Source: Lama glama
Lineage: Eukaryota
Direction: 5' to 3'
Assembly (NCBI GenBank): GCA_028534125.1
Contig: CM052832.1
Span: 7,628,001 to 7,692,000 of the forward strand
Length of the DNA stretch: 64,000 nucleotides
Shown here: piece after piece, positions 36,620 through 49,119 of the stretch
Numbering within the stretch: the stretch's first letter is position 1
How the letters are laid out: every line of letters begins with the position of its first letter
Notes under the pieces: generated by a model
Seen by the model: the letters and a program-made list of their open reading frames with translations, nothing else
Told to the model about the DNA's origin: nothing
Database searches by the model: none
Position numbers and translations under genes: made by a program

Positions 36620-36830
36620 GGCCCGTATCTGTACACAACTTGGGAACATGGCCCCGGAGCAGCCGCGTAGGTTCACATCACGAGCCCACCACTTAGGGGA
36701 TACGTGACCTTGGGCAAGTTATGTAGCCTTCCTGACGGCGCCCGCCCCACATGCCGATGTGCTCATGTGAGTAACTTAGAACAGTGTCTGGCACAGAGGG
36801 AACACAGTGTGTTAGCCTTTATAATTATCA
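36620..36830 (+). mobile_element. MIR
   Basis: gtgaccttgggcaagttatgtagcct...acttagaacagtgtctggcacagagg. Confidence 0.65.
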
Positions 36831-39808
36831 GAAAGAAACAAAGCTTATTTCTCTCTAATCTCCAGAAGAGTGAGGCAGCTGCTAGGTAAAATACTTTCTG
36901 CGGCCACTAGGACATTATTTAGAAATGCTTAAGAGATCAGCGGAGAACTTTCTGTTCAGAACTGCTTTGAACCGAGTGGTGGAATGGATCCTCCTAAACA
37001 CACAGCGTGAAACCCAGTTGCTGGGTAGTGAGGTGCTGCCCCTTCCCTCCGCCTCCCCTAAGGTCCGCTCACCAAGAAAAACTCGTCTGCAGCAACGTTC
37101 GCTTTGTGCAAATTATCTACTAGTTTTGTGAGGGAACAAAACTGTGTGCCGGTATTCTTTTTCTTTAATAAAACACTAAAAGGTGAAAACTACAGAGAAT
37201 TCATCACAGCTCTTCTTTTGTGAAGATGGTCTGTTCTCCAAATTAGAAGCATGGATGAACATAGCATGTCTTTTAAAATATTTTTGTTTTCTTCTATTGT
37301 TCACGAATACTGTTTCTCGTGTGGGGAGGAAATGGTAGGGGGGATAGGGAGAGGAAGCAGAGACGTGGGAGAAGAGAGGGTTCCTTCTCCATTCAGTTTT
37401 TCGAAGGATTAAATCCTTCAGTAGCCTTACAATCAGAAGTTAAGTAAAAATGCAAAATTGAAGCTTTGCCGAACTTCGACCTCTAAAGCCATCTTAAGGT
37501 GGGTGCCATGTTTTACACTCACAGCTCCACGGGGTAGCTTTCAGGATGGCTAATGAAGCTGACCAAGGTCTGAGCCTGTCATAGCCAAGCACTGGGCATA
37601 ATTAGGGGAGAAACAGAAGAGTGGAATTCGTTGAAAAGTGAAAGTAGAAAAGGTGACCGTAGTGGGGAGTTTGTCCGGTGTCACCAATAATTACTTTTGC
37701 TCACGTGCCCATTTTCCTATTCTGCCCTAAATAGCTGATTCTGAGCCTCTTCCTTCCTCACTAGAATACAGTAAAAATTGGAAGCAAAAGTCTTCTGGGT
37801 TTCCCAAGGCTGGAAAATAGAAGATACGGTATCATTACCGTGAATTGGTCTTCAGGTGTCAGAGGATGATGGATTTTCCATTTCCTTTGGCACCCAAATT
37901 TATAGGAAATGCCTGCGGGCCCCTCTTTAAACAAGGAGTCAATCTTCATCCCTTTGGCAGGTTAAATTCCTGGAAAAGACCTGACAAGTCAAAATGGTGT
38001 GAGTCAATTTAAAATTTTCCCATAGAAAGTGTTCAGTAGGAGTTTATATTCGGACCGAGGGCCTAATGCCCAGCTTTTTACAGCAATAACTCCAGACACC
38101 AAGATTTCATCAACTAAATCAATTAAAGAAGGGGCTCTCATGTTTTATAACTAAAGACTTTCATGTATTTTTGCTGTAAGGTCATAGTAAACCATATGGA
38201 ATCTTTTTAAAAACTATTTCTCTCACATTTTTATTTTAAGGAACTAGAAGGCGACAATATGTCTACACTAGTCTGGAAATATCAGAGCTGTTTGGAGAGC
38301 ATTCTGACAAGCTTCTTCGGGGGGATGTAGGGCCAGTCCATGATGGCCCTTTGATAAAGAAATCACCCTTTTCTCATTGCTGATTCCACTACAGCCAGCA
38401 CCAGTTTTAGAGAATGAGTGCTTTTGGTAGAGCAAGTTGAGGTTGGATTCATTTCCTCAGAGTTGCCCTCTAAGCCTGTCTGTGCAGCCGGCCGTAACTG
38501 CGGCGGGTGCTAACGCAGGCTGGCTTGTCGCCCCGAGTCCCGTCTGTATCCCTCCAGGACTTCCTGTTCACCAGTGAAGGGGAATCTCTTGTGTCCCCAT
38601 GTCTGCTCTCCCCAGCCAGTTTGGAAAACTCTCTTTATTCCTGAGATACTACTGATGTGGCTTTATCCTACTCTTGTATTTAGGTAAATTTTATGTAGAA
38701 ATTCTTCAAAAACTATACCAAAAAACCTCATGGAAAGGTATCATTCAGAATTACTGGAACCATTTCAGTAATGGAAGCAAACAACCCTTCCCTTCCCATG
38801 GTATCTGCACGTGGAGAAGTCCCCACATCACTAACGCATTATCTAGAATTCCGTCCCGTGAACTACGTTGAGGGTCCGTCTGTGTGCACCATCGGCCACT
38901 GATCACAGACTCGTCATTAGGTCTTGAGTGGAGCGTCCGAAAAAGAGGAGACTTAGTCTATGGGTGTGATTCCTGCGCTGGCAGGTGGTGAACATGATCT
39001 GACTCTACCTCTAGATGAATCAGTGGCTCGTAGTGACTCTGGCTGTGACTCTGTGAGAGGTGGGTGAAGGCCGTGGTAAGCGGTGACTCCACAGCACCTG
39101 TGTGTGTCTCGTGTATACGTACAAGTAGAGGTGCGTCTCCATAGTCAGAGGGGTAGGACATAAAACCAATAGCAAAATGAGCCTAGCTGCCCCAGACTGA
39201 CTGACAAAGAACAAGATAACTGAAAAGAGGGAGTTTAGCATTTCAGTCATAAATTTCCAAGGCTCATTTCTGTTTGAGAATGTTTTTGTCTCGCTAACCA
39301 CAGAGAACAGTTGGAGTGAGTGGGTCATTTTCTTTCAGTTGCTTCTCCGGCACTGGCCCTGGGGGACAGACTTGATGATCTAATAGGTCTTTTCCATCCC
39401 TAATATCTATAATTTTGGCTATTCTGTGGCAGCTTCTTATTGCTTTAAATAAGCCATCTTAATTCAAAAAACATACATCTGGATTTGACCTGCCTAATAC
39501 ATGTCAAGAAGTGTGTGTCCCTTCACAGCCCCACCAGGGACTCTCTGAGAGACGAAAGAATCTGGAAAGCAAGAAAAAAGAGCAGGGAGAAGTGGGAAGA
39601 CTATGGGCCAAACAATCTTCTGTTTATTTTATGTAAGTTTTTATTTCTCAATAATGAGATGGACCCTTAAGGCCTCTTTAAATTTTTTTTATCTGAAATA
39701 TGTGTAGTTTACTGTACAGGAATTATACCACAATAAAGGTGTTAAATCAAAAATAATAAAAGTAGAGTACAAAAACAATAAATCAAATTTTTAAAAAATC
39801 ATTTTTTT

Positions 39809-39940
39809 GTGAGGCAGAGTGTAGCTCAAGTGGTAGAGTGCTTTGCATGCACAAGGTCCTAGGTTCAATCCCCAGTACCTCCTCTAAAAATAAATAAATA
39901 AATAGATAAATAACCTCCCCCCAAAAAATTATTTTTAATT
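39809..39940 (+). mobile_element. tRNA-derived SINE (Vic-1-like)
   Basis: gtgtagctcaagtggtagagtgc...aggtcctaggttcaatccccagtacctcctct(aaat)n...aacctcccccc. Confidence 0.85.
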
Positions 39941-41057
39941 TTTAAAAAACCTTTTTTTTTGTTTTGTTAAAATCTAGTCTGATCATTAATACATTCTTAC
40001 TTTAGGAATTTTTAAAAGTTGTCAGTTTGGTTTCTTGGCAGTTAGATTATCATCAACTAGCATGTTGTTTCTCAGGTCATCTCTGGCCAATTCTTAGCCT
40101 CATATCCACTTTGTAACTTCTCAGATTTGAATGTCTGGAGAGGAAGTGGCATCTCTGCATTGCTCCAAATGTCTGCTAGGGGTGGTCCTCTGGCCAGGGG
40201 TGTCGGGAGCATTATTGCAAATACATAATAACTGTCTTCTTCCCAACTAAGTCATCACCAACACTGTGAATTAGCATTTATAAATGTATGAATATGCAGC
40301 CTCTACAGCGGCATTTCAGGTCCATATAGCTGGCTGACCTTCATTCTTCCTGCAGTTATCTTCATTTAATACAAAGGTCTTACAAGCTGTTGTCAGTTAA
40401 TATTTTCTCCTGTACCTGTTTAATTACTTCCCGAGATTATCCTTTCAGGCAGGAAGAGTAGAGGACCGTGTCTGTTTGTCTTATGGTCCATTCATCTGCC
40501 TCTGTCTTCCTCCAAGACGATTTCAACCTGAATGCTGAATTCCTTCTTCTGACCCATTCTCCAGATCCTTATGGTTCTAGGCAGATGAAGCCAGGATGAA
40601 AATTGGGATTTATTTGGGGTGCCTATCTGTAAGCTATGACACGTCTGTAGAAAGGTCACATAACATTGCCTGAAGTAGGACTTTGCTGACCACATACTGT
40701 ATTCCAAGCACCTCATTAAATTACACTAAACTGAGTCCACATATGGCACCCAGTGCTTCAGCTCTAATTTAGCCTCTAATGTCACATTTGAATTGAAACT
40801 TGTCACAAGATAGCAAGAAAGTCATCTCTCACCTCTGTTCTTCAAAGGATGGGTGTGTGGAATGAAATAGTGGAAGTTGTGCTGGGTTGGGAGTTAGATG
40901 TCCTGGTTCCTAGTCCTGCCTGTGTCACTCAACTCTGAGGTTTAGACAAGTCATTTATAACCAACATTTCTGTTTGCTCACAAGGGATGTGGGCAGCAGG
41001 GAATTAAAATTCAATGAATCTGAAAGACAAAGGTAGGTTTGATTTTTTTCCCCCTAT

Positions 41058-41212
41058 ATAATGGTTCTCCGCCCTGATTGAATGTTGGGATTGATGCTCC
41101 AGCCACACTTCCAGAAATTAGTTATCTCAGGGTGCTGTCTGGACCTTAGGATTAAGATTCCCAGGTGATTCTCATGTTCAGTCAGCTGGTGTTGAGAAAA
41201 ATCACTGTGCTA
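41058..41212. mobile_element. MER5-type hAT-Charlie MITE
   Basis: atggttctc...cccaggtgattctcatgttcag...ttgagaaaaatcactg. Confidence 0.5.
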
Positions 41213-42780
41213 GAGAGACTTGAAAAAAAAAACCCTCCCAAAGTCTAGTTATAAAGATAGAATTTATGGACACACAGAGATAACGGTCAATGGTAGAAGA
41301 CTATCTGTGTCTAACGAACGTAGAGGAGACTGGTGGAACCCACAGGCCTCCAACAATAGTCTTGTAGTAACTTAGCTGACATCCCTCCAGGTGGCAAATA
41401 AGGGCAGAAGAAAAGACTGAGGGAGTTACAAAAATCTTCTCAGAATTGTTCAAGTTTCCATTTGAAAATGAGTTTCCAGCCAGTAATATGATAGCTGTGG
41501 AGTGAGTCAAGTGGTAATAGGTATACGTAAACGTGAGCATTAAGTGTTATTTTCACAATTCTTGTTCCCTGTAGTAAATATTTATGTAACGGCTAATCTG
41601 AGTTGTTATAACTAATCACGGCCGGTTCCCTTTAATGTGCAGACACTTTGATTGTGACCAGACTTGTAGTCTCAGGTCATTTACAGAAATGCCAAAAAAA
41701 AAAATCTTTCCACAAGAAAGACAGTGGCATTTTATGCTTAGCAAAATAACTGTATCAGCATTTGGAAAAGTATAGAGTAGTTAGCAGAGTCCCAAAATAA
41801 AACGCAAGAAACAAAGTATTAGCCTTTCATTGTGGTGCTCAGGGTCCAGTTCCCAGAGCCTTGTCCTGATTTATGCCCGAGGGTTCAGTCTGACCCTTAA
41901 CGTCAGTTACCAGGAAAAAGTTACATTTCTGTGTTTTCAGTTCTGTTTTTAAACACAGAAAAAGCCAAGAAAGTCAAAGAAACTGTAATGCTAAAAACTC
42001 CATTCCTGGTGTGGAAAGTTATACTTTACTCTTCAAAAAATATTTTCAATTGGGAAAAGACAAAAATGTTCAGAAAGGCCAGGCTTCCCGTGTTCTCTCC
42101 AAAGACCCTTCTCAGTTTCCCTGCAGCCTGTACGCCTGTCTCCATCTTACCTCCTTTCCCCAGTTTTCCCGAGTTCTAAAAGCTCTCTTTGTTTCTCTTG
42201 CTGTCTGCTCCCCGTGGTTTATTGAAGGCTCTGAAGTTTCTCCCCAAGGCTCCTCGGTGCCCGTACTGCTCTCCAGTCTCTTGCCATTATCATATGTGGG
42301 TCGCCGGCTGGATGTTGTCGGGGTAGCTGGAAGTCTCGCTCTTGAAGAGATCCGTGAACCCAACCGCTTGTATTCTTAGCTAGACTTTTGCATTAAGTTG
42401 AGGAAAAGTTCGTGATTGTCAAGTTGAAAATTATAGCACGGAAAGGAGCAAAGTTGGAGGGCAATTTGGTGAAAAGCGCCGAGGGCTAGAGATGGTCCAA
42501 AGCAACTTCTCAAAGCCCGCTGCTTCACACGCCCTTAGGAGAGGGCCGTGCTCTGGAGTTAGATGTCAGGCAGTCCACAGAGAAACACCATTTCAAGGCT
42601 TTTTACTGATTGCCAGTCCTTTCCAGTGATAGCGTGGGAATGGATGGCTCAGATCTGCTAACTGAGAGACCCTGGAGATGCCATTTTATGCCTCATCTCT
42701 TTTCTTCCCATGTGGTGCCTTGGCCAGTGCCTGATACATAGTGGGCAAGTAATGTTCACCAAATTAAATTGATTTTATAA

Positions 42781-42803
42781 ATATATATATATATATATAT
42801 ATA
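42781..42803. repeat. (AT)n microsatellite
   Basis: Perfect alternating AT run of 23 nt. Confidence 0.95.
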
Positions 42804-43614
42804 CAGTTAATTTTGGTTTTAACAAAAGAATTCTAGTCATCTATGTTTTCTATTCAACTAGACCTTTCTAGTGAAAACATAGAATGCTGCCATGTAGAAA
42901 ACTTGGCAACTTCCGAAGTGGTGTTTTTCATTTCCTGGCACTGTTCAAGTCCAGATATTCTTCCTGCCTGTGATACAGAAACTCTGACCACCCTCAGGAA
43001 AGCATACTTGTTTTCGTGGGGTTTTTTGTTTGTCTGTTTGACTGAAGTGTAATTTATATAGTTTGATGTGTTTTAACAGCTGTCTATAGTCATTTAACCG
43101 CCATCACAATTGAGATATAGAGCATTTCCATTGCTGAAAAAAAATGTCTTTATGGCCCTTTATAATCAGTCTTTTCCCCTCCCATCTCCAGCCCTGTCAA
43201 CTACTGATCTGTTTTCTGCTCCTGTAGCTTTGTCTTTAGAATGTCATCTAAATATGGAGTCATACGTATGTTCACATTTGAGTCTGACTTCTTTCATTTA
43301 GCATAATGCATTTGAAATCCATCCATAGTTCTTTCTTTATCTATGCTAATAGGCATTTTGGTTTATTTCCAACTGGGGGCAATTATGAATAAAGTTTAAT
43401 GTAAACTGTGTAAACATTCACATGTAAGTCTTTATGTGGGCATGTTTTCATTTCTCGAGTCTATAGTTTTGAAGTCCAAATTGTCGGGTTTTTTCTTTGT
43501 AAGTATATTACCTAAGAAATCTTTGCTTATCATAAGGTCACAAAGATTTTCCCCTTTGTTCTTCTAGTTTTATAGTTTCTAATGTTTGGGCCTGTGATTC
43601 ATTTCTAGTCAATA

Positions 43615-43705
43615 CAGTTGACTCTTGAACAGCATGGGTTTGAACTCTGTGGGTCCATTTATATGCAATTTTTTTCAATAAACGTACAGGCGGCCCTTTT
43701 ATTTT
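43615..43705 (+). mobile_element. Tigger2-family DNA transposon end
   Basis: TA then cagttgactcttgaacagcatgggtttgaactctgtgggtccatttatatgc; truncated by the gap. Confidence 0.8.
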
Positions 43706-44205
43706 NNNNNNNNNNNNNNNNNNNNNNNNNNNNNNNNNNNNNNNNNNNNNNNNNNNNNNNNNNNNNNNNNNNNNNNNNNNNNNNNNNNNNNNNNNNNNNN
43801 NNNNNNNNNNNNNNNNNNNNNNNNNNNNNNNNNNNNNNNNNNNNNNNNNNNNNNNNNNNNNNNNNNNNNNNNNNNNNNNNNNNNNNNNNNNNNNNNNNNN
43901 NNNNNNNNNNNNNNNNNNNNNNNNNNNNNNNNNNNNNNNNNNNNNNNNNNNNNNNNNNNNNNNNNNNNNNNNNNNNNNNNNNNNNNNNNNNNNNNNNNNN
44001 NNNNNNNNNNNNNNNNNNNNNNNNNNNNNNNNNNNNNNNNNNNNNNNNNNNNNNNNNNNNNNNNNNNNNNNNNNNNNNNNNNNNNNNNNNNNNNNNNNNN
44101 NNNNNNNNNNNNNNNNNNNNNNNNNNNNNNNNNNNNNNNNNNNNNNNNNNNNNNNNNNNNNNNNNNNNNNNNNNNNNNNNNNNNNNNNNNNNNNNNNNNN
44201 NNNNN
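43706..44205. other. Assembly gap (500 N)
   Basis: Run of N; the round size suggests a scaffolding placeholder. Confidence 0.98.
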
Positions 44206-46119
44206 TGATGTATGAACACAGTATAGCTCTTCATTTATTTAGATCTTTTAAATTTTTTCTCATCAACATTTGGTAATTTTCATTGTACAGATCTTGCCGT
44301 GTATTTTGTTAAAATTTTCCCTAAAATTTTTTATGCTTTTATAGCTTAATTTCAGTTTCTACTTGTTCATAGCTAGAATACATAAATAAAATTGATTTTT
44401 ATGTTGACCTCATAGTCTGTAACCTTGCTAAACTCATTAGTTCTAGTGACTGTTTTCTAGATTCTTTACTGTTTTCTGTGTAGACGGTTGTGATGTCTGT
44501 AGACAGAGGCAGCTTTATTTCAGCATTTTCCATTTGTATGGCTTTTGTTAGTTTTATTGACGTCATTGGTACTGATGGTGAAGAGAATGGTGAGAGTAGA
44601 TATCTTGCTTTATTTCTGATCTTATGGGGAACGTGTTCAAACCCTCGCAATTAAAATTGATGTCAGCTATGGATTTTTCATAGATGTCCTGTATCAAATT
44701 AGGAAATACCGTTGTTTTTAGTCTGTCTTTTTTGTGAATGTGCATGTGCCTCACTTGGAATTCCTAAGGCTTTCTTATGTATAGTGTTAGGTTGCTAATT
44801 TGAAACAACTGACAATGATTTCTGCCATCAAGGTCTTAGCATGCCGAATTGTGTGTGTCCTAAAACTAGACTTTCATTTGTTCATATTTCTAAAATCTTT
44901 AGCAACACTGGATACTTTCTTTTCTAATCCATCTTGTCATCCAGGTGGCCAGAGTGCGCAGGTGACAGTATCCTTCCACTACAGTACATTTCTTTTCAAA
45001 AGTCAGCGGACCTGAGTCCTTTTCATTGAGCAGTGTCTCTGTTCCCATCAAAATTAAGTGGCATCATTGAACATTTGATATGATTCATTCCGATGTGAGC
45101 ATTCATTCACAGGCGCTGCCATAACCTTGTGCTGCTGCTGTGATAAATGGTCCCATCCTGTCTTACAGGGAACTGGATGAACGGGCCTGCTTGTCACCAC
45201 ACAGGAATCACGTCCCCTTGTGTGAAAGCACTGACCATCGAACAGCTCTTGTTACATTGCTGGCATTTAGATTTTTTTCTTATTTTTACATATATTCTCT
45301 AATGGATGTATTACATAGAGATAAAATTTTTAAATAGGTGTATGGAAGCATAAAAAGCCTTTGAATGGTTGATGGCTGGTAATGTTTTTCTCTTTCCATT
45401 CATTTGCTTATACTGAAATGATCCCAGTTGGGCAGCACTGACCAGCCTCATGATCGCATGTCCTGGCAGGCTTCTTATTAAACTGACACCAGTTACCCAT
45501 TTTTCTAGAGGAAGCAAAGCTTTCACATTTATTTCTAAACCCAAGCTGCTTTAGACAGAACTTCACCCACCCGTGCCCTGGCGTTCTCAACAGCTACTGA
45601 AACCCCTGGTGTCTCTTGTTGAAAGAGTCTGTATTAGCTGCTATGGATCGGTGAGCTCTCTGTAAGATCTCAAAAGTACAGAAGTGGCACCATGCGTGAT
45701 GTGTGATGGACTTCGAGTTCCTCGTGAAAGTAATGTTTGTATGCTGCTGTATCTGAGTCAGAGGTGCAAATAAGTGCCCCAAATATACATCGTCTCTTCC
45801 TCCCAGATGATTCCACAGTGGAGACGGGATCGGTGCATTTTTCCCTCTTGGCACGTAGATGGATATTCACATGCTGTGTGGCACTGGTTGGTTTAAAGGA
45901 CTTTGTGAGGGAAATATATCACTAAACCTAACCTCTTTGAGGAAAGATATTTCCTTGAATTGTGTTTAGAGATTTTTTTAATTAAAAATTAATTGGGAGA
46001 TGATTTATTTCTTATTTGCAAATGTTATTAGAGAGCTTACACTCAGCCCTTGCCAATGAGCAAACTCCTGAAAAACAGCCACTTTAAAAAAAAAAAACTT
46101 GAAACTATGGCTCTGTCAC

Positions 46120-46455
46120 TCACATGGGACTGAGCAGGGCTGTGACCATCCTTCCAGAAAAGGTTGTCTGTGATAGCTTTATGTGTGCGTGCTTGAGTGC
46201 GCTGATTCTTACTGTCCCATGGTTTGTTGATGCATCAGTCCAGTCTCTGCTTCTGTCTTCACGCAGCATCCTCCCTGTGTGTCTCTGTCTCTTCTTAAGA
46301 GGACGCCAGTCATACTGAATTAAGGGCACCTTAATGATCTCACCTTAACCCAGTTACATCTGCAAAGACCCTGTTTCAAGTAAGGTCACAGTCCCTGCTC
46401 CGGGGAGTTAGGGCTTCAACTTATCTTTTTAGAGGACACGGTTTAACCTATAACA
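46120..46455 (-). mobile_element. MaLR LTR (MLT1B/C-like)
   Basis: aggacgccagtcatactgaattaagggcacc...ttacatctgcaaagaccctgtttc...aaggtcaca...gttagggcttcaac...aacctataaca. Confidence 0.8.
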
Positions 46456-46985
46456 CCGTCTAATTACTGTTATATCAAGATGGTAATTGTAAATGAAATT
46501 AGAACTAGTATAAGATCCATAGAAATGGCTATGCTGATTTTATTATGGTAACACAAATGACCAAAAAAAAAAAGAAGAAGAAAAGAACTTTTACATGGAA
46601 CATTAAAGATAATTACAACCTAACTCTAAAACAATGAAGTCATGGGATACCTTCCCTCCACTGCTCATTTATAGTACGGGTTGCTCTTTGATACTGATAC
46701 CCTCTCATCTGACCTTTCTCCACCCAGCACCGAGAGCTCTCAGGTGGCCTAGTGATCTGAGAGTCCAGACTGGAGATTTTAGAAGCTTGTCACTCAGCCT
46801 GCTCAAGGCACCAACTCTCCCAAGTTCCCTCTGCCCTTGAACCCCGGGACCCTGTCACCCCCTGCCATCTCCTGCCTGGTTGGCCCCTCCATGCTCGAGG
46901 GCAAGGCCAATGATTCCCAACTATTCTGAGTACGAGGACTCCATTTCACATAAATATATTTTATGGATGCCTTCCCGCTTCTTTA

Positions 46986-47115
46986 CATTGACATTAATTC
47001 AATGAAACATTTCAGCCAGGTTTTAGGAGAGGGGAAGGAAAGCTCTTCCGCCCGCGAGCCTTCCTCTGCCTGTCCAGTCCCTGCGGTGGCGGCAGCGACT
47101 GGGTGGGCAGGTCCC
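46986..47115 (+). repeat. Left arm of ~130-bp inverted duplication
   Basis: Reverse complement of 48306-48434; 9 mismatches and 1 gap by manual alignment. Confidence 0.95.
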
Positions 47116-48305
47116 TTCGCTCAAGCAGTTGCACAGCTCTTTACTTAAGAAATTTACTCTGCATTTTGTTTTATTAATCACAAATATATTATAAAATAAT
47201 TAATATGTTTGAGAAGTAAAAATTCTCAATTTGTAAAACAAGTTATTTTGCAAATGTAAGTGTCCATCAATATGGATTTTCTTTACATGAGGACTACCCA
47301 GGTTTGAATAGGCTTCACTCGTTTACCAAATATTACTGAGCATCTAAATGTAAGGCATTATGGGGTTTATAATAATGACCAAAGTGGAGTTTGAAAGGTG
47401 GACTATAATGAAGTTTACAAACATTTACAAATAGAACTATGTATTATTAGAGAATTACAAAGTGCGTCTGGAATTGAGAATATGCATTTCGATTAATGTA
47501 ATTTGTCAAAAGTTAAAATTCGCCAAACATACGGTTTGATTATATGTTGTTATAATTATAACTAAAATAATAATATACATTAAATACAAATACAAACACC
47601 TTACCCTTATACAGGGCTTTACAGCTTACTGAATACCTTTGTATACATTACCATAGCCAGAACGCCCAAATCTCTCTTCTCCAAAGTTAGATTACAGCAT
47701 CTTGGTTTAAAGTATCATAACCTTCCTTGGCTTTTTTTCACTAAAAGTTTGGCTGTTTAATATCACCATATAATCATGTTTACCTGAAAAACTGGAAAGA
47801 AGGCATGGAGTCTCCATCTGTTCATTTCAGCCTGGGTGGCTAAATGGCTCCTAACAGTCAATGCATGAAAATGGCCTAGATTGAATAAATTAGCAAAATC
47901 ACAAAAGGAAACCACTGGAGGAAATAGTTCTACACATGTAATTGCTGCAATTCTCTGGTGAATGTGTCAATCTGTACTAACTAAATAAATTTGTTCATAG
48001 ACATGTTCTGTATTAGCTTCCACTCTTTCACAGCCCTGTGCCAAACAAAATCCCACTAGAAGTAGGATGTTCACACCCGAGTAGGAGTTTCTTGGATAAA
48101 TATTTTTACTATATGGAGACCAAAACCACTTCTACAAATTTCAGACTTTGATTGAAATACTATATTTCTTTAGCTTTTTTTTCCCTCCCATCTTTTCTCC
48201 TGGCAGCTTCCCACGCGATAGCTGACCTCCTCTCACCTCCCACAGCTGCAGTGAAAGGGAAGAGGCTGGCCACAGGCACAGGGGCCAGTGGACCCTGCAA
48301 GTGAT

Positions 48306-48434
48306 GGGACCTGCCCGCCCAGTCGCTGCCGCCACCGCAGGGACTGGACAGGCAGAGGAAGGCTCGTGTGCAAAAGAGCTTTCCTTCCCCTCTTCTAAAA
48401 CCTGGTTGAAATGATGCATTGATTAATGTCAATG
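48306..48434 (-). repeat. Right arm of ~130-bp inverted duplication
   Basis: Matches 46986-47115; also visible as the twin ORF peptides ...EPSSACPVPAVAAATG.AGP on opposite strands. Confidence 0.95.
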
Positions 48435-49119
48435 GAAGGATTATACATCCTGAGGCCATACTTTATAGAATGCCTGCTTACATTCCATGTGAGTGCACCA
48501 TGAGAACACATAAAGATAGAATTCATTCGGCCCTTCCTCGAGAAATCACAGTGAGAGTTCTCGAAATGGAACAGCCACGTTCTTTCGCAAGCATGTCTCT
48601 GATCTCCACTTTTGCCGACAAGAATCTCAACTGATTTCTTAGTTCCCTCCTCCAGGATTGAGTCTGGATTTTCCACTGGCCTTCTGAAGATCTGTCTGGT
48701 GATTCATAATACAAAATATTTCAAAAGGCAGTATTTTCAGTAGTAGTAACTCTGTTAAAAGTAGTTAAGAACATCTCATGTTAATGTGCTAAACCTAAAC
48801 CTTCTGTTGCTGAGAGGCAATATGACCAGTAAACTAGTTTTGAACATCAATGTAATAGAGGTGATCCAAGCCAGTGCAGTACCCTAGTTACCATGACCCA
48901 AACAGCCCACCTTGTAGGGTTAACTAGAATAATACCCAATAAAGTGAACACTGTCGCTGCTATACAAATAGTATGCCTGACTTGGGATGGTTTCATTCCT
49001 CAGACGATTTAGTCATTTAATATGATAGCTCTGCTCAAATTCGTCTTTCACACTGGAGAACACACTTTGGTTATTTATGATACTTGCAGGTAAATTTTCA
49101 AAGTGAAAACACTGCTCTA

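Larger units (their letters stand above)
43035..44720 (-). mobile_element. Old L1M (3'UTR and ORF2 pieces), interrupted by Tigger2 and the assembly gap
   Basis: gccatcacaattgagatatagagcatttcca...tttctttcatttagcataatg; antisense translation IYEKSIADINFNCEGLNTFPIRSEIKQ resembles the L1 RT segment IY.KPTANIILNGEKL.AFPL.SG.RQG. Confidence 0.8.

Noticed and set aside
41384..41397. CTCF-like cctccaggtggcaa
   Set aside because: A single motif match is expected by chance in 64 kb and cannot be supported without ChIP data
43618..44234. The two longest ORFs (196 and 191 aa)
   Set aside because: Artefacts of the 500-N gap
46963..48419. Twin ORFs sharing the ...EPSSACPVPAVAAATG... peptide
   Set aside because: The similarity simply reflects the inverted duplication; starts and ends differ and there is no coding evidence
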